From a virus (Duplodnaviria > Caudoviricetes), in the IMG/VR virus record IMGVR_UViG_3300021494_000019, positions 1-60,270 of that record: a stretch of DNA of 60,270 bases, one strand, 5' to 3'. Positions 17,421 through 26,573 of the stretch are shown here, one piece after another. Within the stretch, counting starts at the first letter, position 1. Each line of letters opens with the position of its first letter. The translations under genes were made by a program, and so were the position numbers. The notes beneath the pieces were generated by a model, which saw only the letters and a program-made list of their open reading frames with translations, did no database searches and was not told where the DNA came from.

Positions 17421-19762
17421 CTTATGTCGAAGTAATGCCTGATGGTCCGATTAATTCGCCAATTGTTCTGATTGGCGAAGCACCAGCTAAGAAAGAAATC
17501 TTCAGAGGAACACCATTCGTCGGAAGTGCAGGAGAATGGTTAGATAAATTTTTGGCTTTAGCTCAGCTTGATCGTTCAAAAATTCGTCTAACCAATCTCA
17601 GCAAACGACGAGCTCCAGGAGATAAAATTTCCAACATTCCAAGAGCCGAATTGGAAGAATGGCGGAAGAAACTTATTTATGAATTAAACATAATGCCAAA
17701 TATCAAGGTCATCGTTCCTCTCGGCAACTATGCCATGGAAGCAGTTACCGGTCAATCGGGAGTTTCAAAATATCGAGGAACTCCTATGCACCCCATCTCT
17801 GACATTCGCCATGATTGTGTAGTAATTCCAACATACCATCCTTCAAACATGCATTATGACTATCGTCTTTGGCCCCTGATAGTAGCCGATTTAACTAAAG
17901 TTAAGTTAATGCAAACAAATAACTTCAACTTTACTTTTCCACAGTTTAATTTCAAAATCAAGCCGACGTTTGATGAAGTAATGGAAACTTTGGAAATGCT
18001 TGAGCAAGAACCTGACCGCTTAATGACAATTGACATCGAGAACCCACGAGGTTTGTTGTCAGCCATCGGCATCGCTTGGTCGAGATATGACGCTATTTGC
18101 ATTCCCTTCTACTTAGGAAATGGTGATAGCTATTGGACCCTCGAACAAGAAGCCGCTATCTGGAAACGCCTTGCTGAAGTGTTGCCTAAGCTTAACTTAG
18201 CGAATCAAAACGTAATGTTTGATTGGTCGGTTATGCATGACCATGGCATCGATCTAAAAATGCCGACCTGGGATCCGATGTTAATGCACCATTGTCTTTA
18301 CAGCGAGATGCCTCATCGTCTCGATATTATTACGAGTATCTACACCGACCTACCCTATTATAAAACTGATGAATCTGACGAAGGAGCTTCGCTAAAAGGC
18401 TCAAGAATTGTCTATGGCGATGAAGAACGTCATTGGACCTATAACTGCTATGACGTTGTCGGAGCTCTTTGGGCCATCGAGGAACTTAAAAAAGAGCTCG
18501 AAGAAGAAAAAATGCTTGATGTCTACATCCGTTTTTATGCTGAAATGATTCCGCCCCTTTATCGGATGAACATCGAAGGAGCTCCGGTGGACGTTACATT
18601 GATAAAAGAGATCGCCAAAGATTTCAAGAAACAAATCGAAGATAATCTTAAGTACATCAAAGCCGAAACAGGCGTTGAGGTTTATGTGCCGATGCCAGGC
18701 GAAAAACCAATTTCGCCTAAGAAAAGACCTGATCTTATAAACCTAAATTCGCCTCAGCAAGTAGCTAAGTTGTTATACGATTATATGGGCATGGCACGCT
18801 ACAAAAGCGGCTCTACGGGTAAGGATATTTTAGAGAAACTCGCATATAAATACAAAACCGAAGTGCCTTTAAAGATCATTGAAATAAAATCAAACCGAAA
18901 ACAGATCGGACTTTTCGCTCCAGAAAACATTTTAAATGGCCGAGTTTATTGCCAATTCTCCCTTGGCCGAGCAAAGACAGGTAGATTAGCTTCTCGCAAG
19001 AGTTTCAATAAGGCAGGCATGAATCTTCAAAATGTTAAACGAGGTATTCAAAGAAGATTCTTCATCGCAGAGAAAGGACATGTTTTACTCTACCCTGATC
19101 AGAAAGGTGCTGATGCTCGCATTGTCGCCTATTTGTCGAGAGACAAAAAGCTAATCGATCTTTTCGAATCCGGCAAATCTATTCACATCGAAAATGCCAA
19201 GAATGTCTTTGGCGTCGAGGTAACTAAAGACAGTGAGCTTTATTTAGTCTCTAAACGTCTCATTCATGGCGGCAATTATGGCATGGGGCCAATGCGATTT
19301 GCTATGTTATCCGGTTTATCGTTTTCTGAAGCTAAAAAACATCTTGAAGCCTATTTTAAAGCCTACCCAGGTATTCGAGATGTTTTTCATGCCTATGTTC
19401 GAAGGCAGATAACTAAATATCGAATGTTATATAATCCCTTTGGCCGTCGCATGGTGTTTTTCGGACCAAAAGATTATCGCACTTTCAACATTGGCTATTC
19501 GTTCATCCCTCAATCAACAATTGCCGATTTGAATAAGATTGCCTTGAAGTTCATCGATAAATACTACAAAGTCTTGTTGGAGCTTCACGATGGTATTTCT
19601 ATATCTGTTCCTAAGAACGAAATTAAGTCTGCCTTGGAAGTCATCGAGGAAGCCTACTCAACAGAAGTTGAAATTTGGGGAGAAAAACATCAGATTCCCG
19701 TAGAAATAGCTATTGGCAACAATCTTGACGAAATGGAACCAATAAGCCTTAAAGACTTCTAA
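17417..19762 (+). CDS. polA: DNA polymerase A with N-terminal uracil-DNA glycosylase-like and 3'-5' exonuclease domains
   Basis: GEAP...PFVGSAG and YHPS (UDG family 4-like); DIE, N..FD, YN..D; TGRLAS, NLQN, motif A D, K....GGNYG, HD. Confidence 0.92.
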   Translation: MTYVEVMPDGPINSPIVLIGEAPAKKEIFRGTPFVGSAGEWLDKFLALAQLDRSKIRLTNLSKRRAPGDKISNIPRAELEEWRKKLIYELNIMPNIKVIVPLGNYAMEAVTGQSGVSKYRGTPMHPISDIRHDCVVIPTYHPSNMHYDYRLWPLIVADLTKVKLMQTNNFNFTFPQFNFKIKPTFDEVMETLEMLEQEPDRLMTIDIENPRGLLSAIGIAWSRYDAICIPFYLGNGDSYWTLEQEAAIWKRLAEVLPKLNLANQNVMFDWSVMHDHGIDLKMPTWDPMLMHHCLYSEMPHRLDIITSIYTDLPYYKTDESDEGASLKGSRIVYGDEERHWTYNCYDVVGALWAIEELKKELEEEKMLDVYIRFYAEMIPPLYRMNIEGAPVDVTLIKEIAKDFKKQIEDNLKYIKAETGVEVYVPMPGEKPISPKKRPDLINLNSPQQVAKLLYDYMGMARYKSGSTGKDILEKLAYKYKTEVPLKIIEIKSNRKQIGLFAPENILNGRVYCQFSLGRAKTGRLASRKSFNKAGMNLQNVKRGIQRRFFIAEKGHVLLYPDQKGADARIVAYLSRDKKLIDLFESGKSIHIENAKNVFGVEVTKDSELYLVSKRLIHGGNYGMGPMRFAMLSGLSFSEAKKHLEAYFKAYPGIRDVFHAYVRRQITKYRMLYNPFGRRMVFFGPKDYRTFNIGYSFIPQSTIADLNKIALKFIDKYYKVLLELHDGISISVPKNEIKSALEVIEEAYSTEVEIWGEKHQIPVEIAIGNNLDEMEPISLKDF

Positions 19763-19778
19763 AGAAAGTGAGGAGAAG

Positions 19779-20147
19779 ATGATTTACTTGATAAGTCCGT
19801 ACAACGATACGAATCCGTACATCCGCCATAACCGTTTCCGCTTAGCCGCAAGAGTATGCGGACACATGGCTGAATGCGGTCTTAACATCTACAGTCCCAT
19901 AGTTCATTGGCACTCTGTTGTAGATACGTTTCCCGAATTAAACTTAGGAACCGATTACAAATTCTGGCAAAGGAGTAATATGGAAATGATGTTACTATCT
20001 ACCAAAGCAATCGTTATGACGATTGAAGGATGGAGAGACTCTCTCGGCGTTAGAGATGATATCGCCAACGCTATCGCATTTAGTAAACCTGTATTTTATC
20101 TAACCTATGCGCAGTGTTTACACTATGGCGAGAAAGAGAAAGCTTAA
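19779..20147 (+). CDS. DUF1937 / nucleoside deoxyribosyltransferase-like protein
   Basis: IYL.SPY, YSPI.H.H, GW..S.GV..(D)I..A...KPV. Confidence 0.75.
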   Translation: MIYLISPYNDTNPYIRHNRFRLAARVCGHMAECGLNIYSPIVHWHSVVDTFPELNLGTDYKFWQRSNMEMMLLSTKAIVMTIEGWRDSLGVRDDIANAIAFSKPVFYLTYAQCLHYGEKEKA

Positions 20148-21315
20148 ACAAGGATGGCTACAGGCATATGATGAATACATAATCAAGCAAGAATCACCAC
20201 GCACCTTTCATTTTTGGGTAGGATGTCAACTAATCTCAACCGTTTTGAAAAGGCATGTCTATCTCGATCGTGGTGCGTATGAAGTATGGCCAAATTTATA
20301 CATCGTCCTGGTAGCTAAATCCGCAGACCAACGCAAAAGTACGGCTATGGATATCGGCCTTGAACTCCTGGAAGATATTCCAGATATTCATATCGTTCAT
20401 GGCCGAGCTACTATCGAGGGATTGATGGATATGATGAACAAAAACGTAGAGATTGGCCGTCCAGGTACGCCAAATGAAGGAAAGGCAAGACCTGATGGAA
20501 GCGTCTTACTCCATGCAGACGAACTTCAGTTCTTGCTTGGTAGAGCATCATACATCACTGATCTAATGACCTTTCTAACAGCGGCTTATACAGCCAAGGC
20601 TAAGTTAGATTTTCTAACCCGCAAGAACGGGTTATGTAAGGCGAGGAATTTATATCCAGGAATACTAACAGCAACAACACCTGAACAAATGTCGGAAATC
20701 TTTCCTTCTATGGCATTGTTTAGTGGATTCTTAGGCAGGGTTTTATTGATTTATACTGATGAAACTTGGCCCCGATACGCCAAACCCGAACTTAAAAGAG
20801 AAATGGAGGAAAGCCTCATTTGGGATTTAGGTTGCATCAACGAACTCGAAGGCGAGATGGTTATGACCGAAGAGGCAGATAAATATTTTGATGCTTGGTA
20901 TGAAACCACTCTCAAGCCAACTACGCCTGAAATGGCTTCTTTTTATCTTAGGAAACATGACCATGTTCTGAAACTTGCGATGATTTTGTCAATATCGGAA
21001 TCCGACGAACTGGTTTTGAGGTTAGATCATCTTCAAAAGGCTATAGACATTATTCAGATAGTCGAAGATAACATGCCCGCCGCTATAACCTATGTCGGCG
21101 CCACAGCACGAAGTCATCTTACTGATTTAGTTGAACATGTCATCCTTTCAGTAGCTCCAGAAGCCATCGGACACTCAGTTCTCTTGAAAAGAGTCTATCG
21201 AAAACTGCCCAATGGAGCGGCGGACTTAGCTGAGGTTATTAGCGATCTAAAACTCAAAGGCAGAATTGAAGAAATTGCAGATAAGAAAGGAGTAAGATAT
21301 AGGGTGAAAACATGA
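20125..21315 (+). CDS. DUF3987-like P-loop protein (putative replicative helicase)
   Basis: ESP..F, PNLY.VLVA.S...KST, DE, GFLGR. Confidence 0.7.
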   Translation: MARKRKLKQGWLQAYDEYIIKQESPRTFHFWVGCQLISTVLKRHVYLDRGAYEVWPNLYIVLVAKSADQRKSTAMDIGLELLEDIPDIHIVHGRATIEGLMDMMNKNVEIGRPGTPNEGKARPDGSVLLHADELQFLLGRASYITDLMTFLTAAYTAKAKLDFLTRKNGLCKARNLYPGILTATTPEQMSEIFPSMALFSGFLGRVLLIYTDETWPRYAKPELKREMEESLIWDLGCINELEGEMVMTEEADKYFDAWYETTLKPTTPEMASFYLRKHDHVLKLAMILSISESDELVLRLDHLQKAIDIIQIVEDNMPAAITYVGATARSHLTDLVEHVILSVAPEAIGHSVLLKRVYRKLPNGAADLAEVISDLKLKGRIEEIADKKGVRYRVKT

Positions 21316-21482
21316 AAAAGTTAAAAAATCCTCTTGTAAAGATTTTAGATGATTTAAAATTTGGTGAAGAGAGTCTTCTCGATATTGTAATAAAAGAAAT
21401 GCACGATAATCGTAAAATGCCGCTTGAGCTCGTGGCTGAGATACTCGAAATGAGCGTATCTTCCCTCAAAAGACGACTTTAA
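21312..21482 (+). CDS. small HTH protein (56 aa, not in ORF track)
   Basis: ATGA overlap; LELVAEILEMSVSSLKRRL. Confidence 0.7.
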   Translation: MKKLKNPLVKILDDLKFGEESLLDIVIKEMHDNRKMPLELVAEILEMSVSSLKRRL

Positions 21483-21488
21483 TGATAT

Positions 21489-21637
21489 GCACAGAGTGGC
21501 AACTGGTGTTGCGGTGAAACAGTTGGGCACATAGACCAAAAGCGGCATAGTATGTCTATGTGTTTGGGGAAACACCTGAAGCTGTTTTCTCAACTGTACT
21601 GAAGGCTTCCTCGGTTCGATTCCGACTCTGTGCATCA
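21489..21637 (+). tRNA. Atypical tRNA-like RNA (8-bp acceptor / 4-bp T stem; expanded anticodon domain)
   Basis: GCACAGAG/CTCTGTGC; D arm GCAAC-TGGT-GTTGC; T arm TCGG-TTCGATT-CCGA; 3' ATCA; anticodon unresolved. Confidence 0.7.
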
Positions 21638-21649
21638 AAAAGAGCAGAT

Positions 21650-22048
21650 ATGAAAGTTAAAGTTAATTTAAATGATGTCGAATCCGAACAAGAACGTGAT
21701 TTGTTTGAGGGTTTGGAAAAGATACCTAAGTGTCAATGCGGCAAATTAGCCTATATCTATACCACTGAAGGCTGTTTTTGTAACGATTGTTCTCCTAAGC
21801 AGCTACGAAAGGAGGTGAAAAAACCTAAGCGCATCGAACCAACAAGAATAAACGATTCTGACGATTATTCTTTCACCGTCGAAATTAAGCATGAAACTAA
21901 AAAGGCCATCTTGATTAACTATAACGGTCAAGAATATTGGTTACCAAAATCTCAGATAAGCTGGGATGTCGATGCAGTCAAGTCAGGTCAAAAAACTAAG
22001 GTCGTCATACCCTTTTGGCTTGCAGAAAAGAAGGAAATGTTTTCTTAG
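21650..22048 (+). CDS. hypothetical protein with Zn-finger and WLPKSQ domain
   Basis: CQCG...CNDC; ETKKAILI...WLPKSQI...IPFWLA; longer ORF start would overlap the RNA. Confidence 0.75.
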   Translation: MKVKVNLNDVESEQERDLFEGLEKIPKCQCGKLAYIYTTEGCFCNDCSPKQLRKEVKKPKRIEPTRINDSDDYSFTVEIKHETKKAILINYNGQEYWLPKSQISWDVDAVKSGQKTKVVIPFWLAEKKEMFS

Positions 22049-22062
22049 ATAAGGAGAAGATT

Positions 22063-22566
22063 ATGCCTAAAAGTGAATATGGTAGAGGATTTATCTATAA
22101 TCTTTTATTATTCAATGCTCATTTTTATAACGCTAAAACGGAAAGAATAGAAATTTATAATTTTGTTATGCAAATGCCGCCCGAAGAGAAGGAAAAAGTT
22201 TTGAGAGACAATCCTGATATGCAACATAATTATGGCTGGAATAAAGAAGTTAAATTTTGGTTTGATAGAATCGTTCCTCTTTGTAGTAATGATGAAAAAA
22301 GGGCATTAGCAGATGAAATTCGTTCTTGGGCAAATGGGGCCGTTGACCATCTTGAAGAACTTCAAATTCCTGAACAATGGAAAAATCATGAAATAGGTAA
22401 ACTAACACAAAAAATGTTAAAAAAGGCTTATGTTTTAACTCTTTATGATGAAGTCGCAAAACCAACCTTTAAAGATTTTAAAGAATTAAAAAATCTAACA
22501 CACAAAATAGCTTTAGCTATTGACAATGCTTTAGGCGTTGAAACATGTCAAGCGGAATGGACATAA
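22063..22566 (+). CDS. hypothetical protein
   Basis: AGGAG SD before MPKSE. Confidence 0.75.
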   Translation: MPKSEYGRGFIYNLLLFNAHFYNAKTERIEIYNFVMQMPPEEKEKVLRDNPDMQHNYGWNKEVKFWFDRIVPLCSNDEKRALADEIRSWANGAVDHLEELQIPEQWKNHEIGKLTQKMLKKAYVLTLYDEVAKPTFKDFKELKNLTHKIALAIDNALGVETCQAEWT

Positions 22567-22576
22567 GGAGATTGCT

Positions 22577-23254
22577 ATGTTTTTAGAAAAACCCTATTAT
22601 CAAATCTTAGATTTTCCCTATCATGCCATGCAAAGACTTGAACTGATAGGAAGAGTATGTTATAAATCTGAAGACAAAATTAATAGTGGCACTGCTGAGC
22701 ATTTTCTCGAAAATATCATCAAAAAAGGCCATGAAAGTGTCATCGAGCATTGCTACGCCACCGTGAAGTTAATATGTGATCGAGGTGTTTCTCATGAACT
22801 CGTCCGACATCGTTTGGCTTCCTACAGTCAAGAATCGACAAGATACTGCAACTACTCTGGAGGAGTCGCCTTTATAATTCCACCTTGGCTCGATATCGAA
22901 CCTGGAGAGCTTAAAGATAAAGAAGCTATTGCAACTCGTTATCTTTTAAAAGATGAATCTGTTTGACTCTTGGCCATGTTAAAAGCCGAAGAATACTATC
23001 TCCATTTTCTAAAACATGGATGGTCGCCAGAAAAGGCGAGATCAGTACTTCCAAATGCTCTTAAAACCGAAATCGTCATAACGGCAAATCTGAGAGAATG
23101 GCGGCATATTTTCAAACTACGCTGTTCTAAACAAGCACATCCACAAATGCGTGAAATTATGATTCCCTTGAGAAATCAGTTTAATCTTATGTTGCCTATT
23201 ATATTTCCTGTTGAGGAGAAAGGAGAAAGTAATATGTCTGACAAAAAGAATTAA
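22577..23254 (+). CDS. thyX: FAD-dependent thymidylate synthase, interrupted by in-frame TGA at 22964-22966
   Basis: GHESVIEH, RGVSHELVRHR.ASYSQESTRY before the TGA; ARSVLPN..KTEI...N.REWRH..LRC...AHPQMR after it, same frame. Confidence 0.88.
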
Positions 23255-23256
23255 TA

Positions 23257-23553
23257 TTGGCACAATGCAAGTTAGATTATTTAATAGAAGCCTTGCGAAA
23301 AGCAAGAATATTGCTTGGGAAGGAGAAAAAAATGATCGAACAAAAACAAAATAGTAAAATTCTGGAAATTAATCCTGACATAGATCATGTTTTCGAGGTT
23401 GTGATACGCTTTAGGGTAAATGGTATAAACGATTTATTTGAAGAATTGTCAGAGTGTTTTAAAGAAATAAGAAATTTGCTGCAATGTTACGGAACAAGAG
23501 ACTTTAACGTTCAAATTAAATTTTTATCTGAGGAGGATAAGATAAATGTTTGA
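23257..23553 (+). CDS. hypothetical protein (start uncertain)
   Basis: Internal SD and ATG (MIEQK); possible frameshifted 5' part from ATG ~23234. Confidence 0.55.
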   Translation: MAQCKLDYLIEALRKARILLGKEKKMIEQKQNSKILEINPDIDHVFEVVIRFRVNGINDLFEELSECFKEIRNLLQCYGTRDFNVQIKFLSEEDKINV

Positions 23554-23791
23554 AGAAGTTATAGTTATTCCTTTATACATAACAGTTTTGAAAATAAGCG
23601 ACGCTCGAAAAAACCTAACACGAGAACAGCAGATTTATTTGGGCACTGATTACAGTAAAGCTCATGAAGCGGCATTTGGTGCTATGCGGGAAGATTGGCC
23701 GGAAGGTGTGACAGATTTAAAGGCATTTATTAGATACTATCACATTAAAACAGATGGAACCATAGTATATATTCTTGAAACGGGAATATGA
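23546..23791 (+). CDS. hypothetical protein
   Basis: GAGGAGG SD. Confidence 0.7.
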   Translation: MFEEVIVIPLYITVLKISDARKNLTREQQIYLGTDYSKAHEAAFGAMREDWPEGVTDLKAFIRYYHIKTDGTIVYILETGI

Positions 23792-23813
23792 AAGAAATAT
23801 AGAGGATTATATA

Positions 23814-24101
23814 ATGAAAATCAAAGAAGCAGAAAAAGACGCTGTGGCTACTTTAGGAGACTTAAAAACAGGCACTCTTTTAAAGGGATTAGCAAATAAT
23901 CCCGAAAGGATATATATCAAAGTTTCAGAAATAATTTTAAGCGAAACTCAAGTAATTTATAGGGCAGACAAAAGTTATTGCGTCTTATTAGATCTGTTTA
24001 CCGGTGTATTAGGGATTGTGCCTCGAAATCTTAAAGTAACTGTTCTGGACGGTACTCTTCATATTGAAAAAGTTAACAAGTTAGAAGACTATTTAAGATG
24101 A
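23814..24101 (+). CDS. hypothetical protein
   Basis: GAGG SD before MKIKE. Confidence 0.7.
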   Translation: MKIKEAEKDAVATLGDLKTGTLLKGLANNPERIYIKVSEIILSETQVIYRADKSYCVLLDLFTGVLGIVPRNLKVTVLDGTLHIEKVNKLEDYLR

Positions 24102-24111
24102 AGGAGAAGAA

Positions 24112-24765
24112 ATGAAATCTCCCATTCATCAACACGAAGATAAATGGTATTTCTGGGGTGAAGTTTGGTGGGAAGGCCCTTATGAAACCAAAAAAGAGTG
24201 TGAGTTAGCTCTTCAAGAATATTACTACCGTCTTGAAGCTATCAAACTTATGAAAAGACATGCTCTTACATTCAGAAACTTAACTTTATCTTCTGGAACA
24301 GAAAGCTCTTATTATATCGATTGTAGGATGATATCAACTCTCAAGGAAGGAGCTCCATTATTAGCTGATCTAATTAAAGAAAAGATCGGAAATCTTCAAG
24401 TAGATGCAATAGGAGGCCCTGAGATCGGAGCAATTCCCATACTTGGAGCTCTGTCAGGAAAAGGATATTTCAACACATTCATCATTCGAAAAGGACCTAA
24501 AAAATACGGCCTTAATAAGCTCATCGAAGGTCAGCTTAATGAGCAGGATAGTTCTGTGATAATTATTGATGATGTCGCAACAACAGGTAAGTCAATATTA
24601 AGAGCTATCAATACCGTAAAGAAGGTACATCCCAACATAAAAATACTTAAAGTTATTGTCATTGTAGACAGAGAAGAAGGTGCTAAAGAGTATCTTAAAG
24701 AATTTGGATATAGCTTAGAACATCTCTTTACAGGCAAAGAATTAATAGGAGAATTAAATGGATAA
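24112..24765 (+). CDS. pyrE: orotate phosphoribosyltransferase with N-terminal extension
   Basis: LSSG..S.YYID.R, G.E.GA.P, IRK..K.YG, IIDDVATTG.S, IVDREEG. Confidence 0.9.
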   Translation: MKSPIHQHEDKWYFWGEVWWEGPYETKKECELALQEYYYRLEAIKLMKRHALTFRNLTLSSGTESSYYIDCRMISTLKEGAPLLADLIKEKIGNLQVDAIGGPEIGAIPILGALSGKGYFNTFIIRKGPKKYGLNKLIEGQLNEQDSSVIIIDDVATTGKSILRAINTVKKVHPNIKILKVIVIVDREEGAKEYLKEFGYSLEHLFTGKELIGELNG

Positions 24766-24970
24766 ATGCCTATCAGGAAAAATCGACAAATATGGACAAC
24801 TTTGGATTAAACGTGTAGACGCATGGAGACTACAGGAATGTCCATATAAAGGATCGAGTAGACCATGTGGAGATAAATGTCCCTTTTTTGACGATAATGC
24901 TTCTGAAGAAGTTATTTTACGATGTCAACATGTTACAATAGTTTCGATTCTTCTTGATGAGAGACTATAA
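24758..24970 (+). CDS. small Cys-rich protein
   Basis: CPY...CGDKCPFF; SD. Confidence 0.7.
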   Translation: MDKCLSGKIDKYGQLWIKRVDAWRLQECPYKGSSRPCGDKCPFFDDNASEEVILRCQHVTIVSILLDERL

Positions 24971-24993
24971 TGATTAAAAGTTAAGGAGGTGTT

Positions 24994-25323
24994 ATGAAAA
25001 AATCTTTAGTAGCGATTTGTCTTTTAGTAATTTTCATCCCTTTAAACTGTTACCCTAAAGACATAGTTTCAGATTGTAAAACTTTTGGAGAGTTTGCAGG
25101 AATGATAATGCTTCTTCGCCAATATGGTATAGAGTCATCATTCCTTATAAAAGTAGCTCGAAAAGACAAAGAAACGTCCAAAGAGGTTAAAAAGTTTATG
25201 GAAGATATAATTATGGAGGCTTATAAATATCCGGAAGTTTCTGAAGATGAACTAAAAGTACACATCATAAACTTGTTCAAAAATGAAATGTTTTTAAAAT
25301 GTATGAAAAAATATAACAGATAA
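24994..25323 (+). CDS. exported hypothetical protein
   Basis: N-terminal signal peptide-like MKK + hydrophobic stretch; AGGAGGT SD. Confidence 0.75.
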   Translation: MKKSLVAICLLVIFIPLNCYPKDIVSDCKTFGEFAGMIMLLRQYGIESSFLIKVARKDKETSKEVKKFMEDIIMEAYKYPEVSEDELKVHIINLFKNEMFLKCMKKYNR

Positions 25324-25333
25324 GGAGGAAAAG

Positions 25334-25699
25334 TTGAAACCTAAAAACCAAAAGACGACTGACGACTGTCTAAAAGCCTGCATCGCATCTCTCTTCGAAT
25401 TACCGATGCACGAGGTTCCCCACTTTATAAAACATGAAGACTGGATTAGCTGTTTGAATACATGGTGTGAAAAATATAATCTTATTCCTCTCGATGTCGT
25501 TCCTACTGAGCCTTTTGATTTTTATACTATCGCAACAGTCGATAGTCCCAACTTCAAGGATAAAAAACACGCTGTTATTTGGAAAGGCGATAGATTAATT
25601 CACGATCCTCTCGGCACCAATAAGCATACATACGAGCCAGAGAGCCATTTGGTATTTGTTGTTAAAGATTTAGCTAAATACATCGGAGAACATAAATGA
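25334..25699 (+). CDS. putative papain-like peptidase-fold protein
   Basis: Q....DC..AC.AS, HAV.W, HDP (C/H/D order). Confidence 0.6.
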   Translation: MKPKNQKTTDDCLKACIASLFELPMHEVPHFIKHEDWISCLNTWCEKYNLIPLDVVPTEPFDFYTIATVDSPNFKDKKHAVIWKGDRLIHDPLGTNKHTYEPESHLVFVVKDLAKYIGEHK

Positions 25700-26022
25700 A
25701 TCTTGAACAAAAAGAAAAGTTTTTTAGAGCTATGCTAAAAGACCATCAAACCAACTTAACTGTTTATAAGATAATAGATAACGCCTTAAAAATATTGGCT
25801 TATGCTCAATCTTTAGAAAACTTAGTTAAGAAACAAAATAATAATCTTGAACCCATAAGACAAGCTAATGAATCCTTGGCCGAAAACAATCAAATTCTTC
25901 GTGCAGAACTAAAAACTCTGAAGAAGGTTTTTTGTCATTACCTAAAAATCTCTGAACAAGATATGGAAGAGATCCTAAAACTATGGGAGAGAAACGATGT
26001 CCAAGCAAAAACGATCAGCTAA
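25696..26022 (+). CDS. coiled-coil hypothetical protein
   Basis: ATGA overlap. Confidence 0.7.
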   Translation: MNLEQKEKFFRAMLKDHQTNLTVYKIIDNALKILAYAQSLENLVKKQNNNLEPIRQANESLAENNQILRAELKTLKKVFCHYLKISEQDMEEILKLWERNDVQAKTIS

Positions 26023-26164
26023 AGCGGGAAGAGATTTGGGTTTAGTCATAATGCAAATCTCAAAAATGCTATACCACTATCATCAAAGAGCTTTTCTTAT
26101 GTCGCTATTGAAAACCTTACAGCGAGAAATTGATAAGCTCTTTCAAGAATCTAACGTTTCGTAG
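25997..26164 (+). CDS. hypothetical protein (55 aa, not in ORF track); last + strand gene
   Basis: GGGAG SD; MSKQKRSAKAGR... Confidence 0.55.
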   Translation: MSKQKRSAKAGRDLGLVIMQISKMLYHYHQRAFLMSLLKTLQREIDKLFQESNVS

Positions 26165-26573
26165 CAACTCCAGACAAGACTTCTTTAAGGCGGCTACCGA
26201 AGTAAAAGGCAATGATTGTGCTCAGAACTAAATGTTGTGCGTTGGTGATTGTGACAGGATGGTAGTTGAATCTTAGCCATTCGGCGATGTTCTCTCCCCA
26301 GATCGAATAAAACTCTGTAAGGAGAGCTCCTAATCCACCTACCGGCCTAACGAGGCCGTTTAGGAATCTAATCAACCAAGGCTGTTTTTGTGTTCTGAGT
26401 TCGGTCATAAACATTTGCCTTGCTGAATCAGTAGACTGTTCTGAAATATTAAAAAGTTGAGCGAGCTGAGTCATCTTCTCATGCTCGCTCATTTTTTTAG
26501 GAGGTAAAAGACGTTCGCCTAAGAATTTAGCACTATCTTTGACAAGGTCTAAGATTGGTAAAGTTAAGTTCAT
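26151..26573 (-). CDS. putative holin (3TM-holin-like)
   Basis: SARQM...LVRP...AFYFGSR; near endolysin. Confidence 0.75.
   Translation of the reverse strand: MNLTLPILDLVKDSAKFLGERLLPPKKMSEHEKMTQLAQLFNISEQSTDSARQMFMTELRTQKQPWLIRFLNGLVRPVGGLGALLTEFYSIWGENIAEWLRFNYHPVTITNAQHLVLSTIIAFYFGSRLKEVLSGVATKR

Noticed and set aside
21489-21637. tmRNA or canonical tRNA-Sec
   Set aside because: Too short for tmRNA, with no G3-U70 or tag ORF; no UCA anticodon loop or 8/5 fold
1154-26164. Genome-wide TGA reassignment
   Set aside because: Many genes end in TGA with ATGA coupling (1390, 13441, 14426, 17420, 21315); only thyX is interrupted
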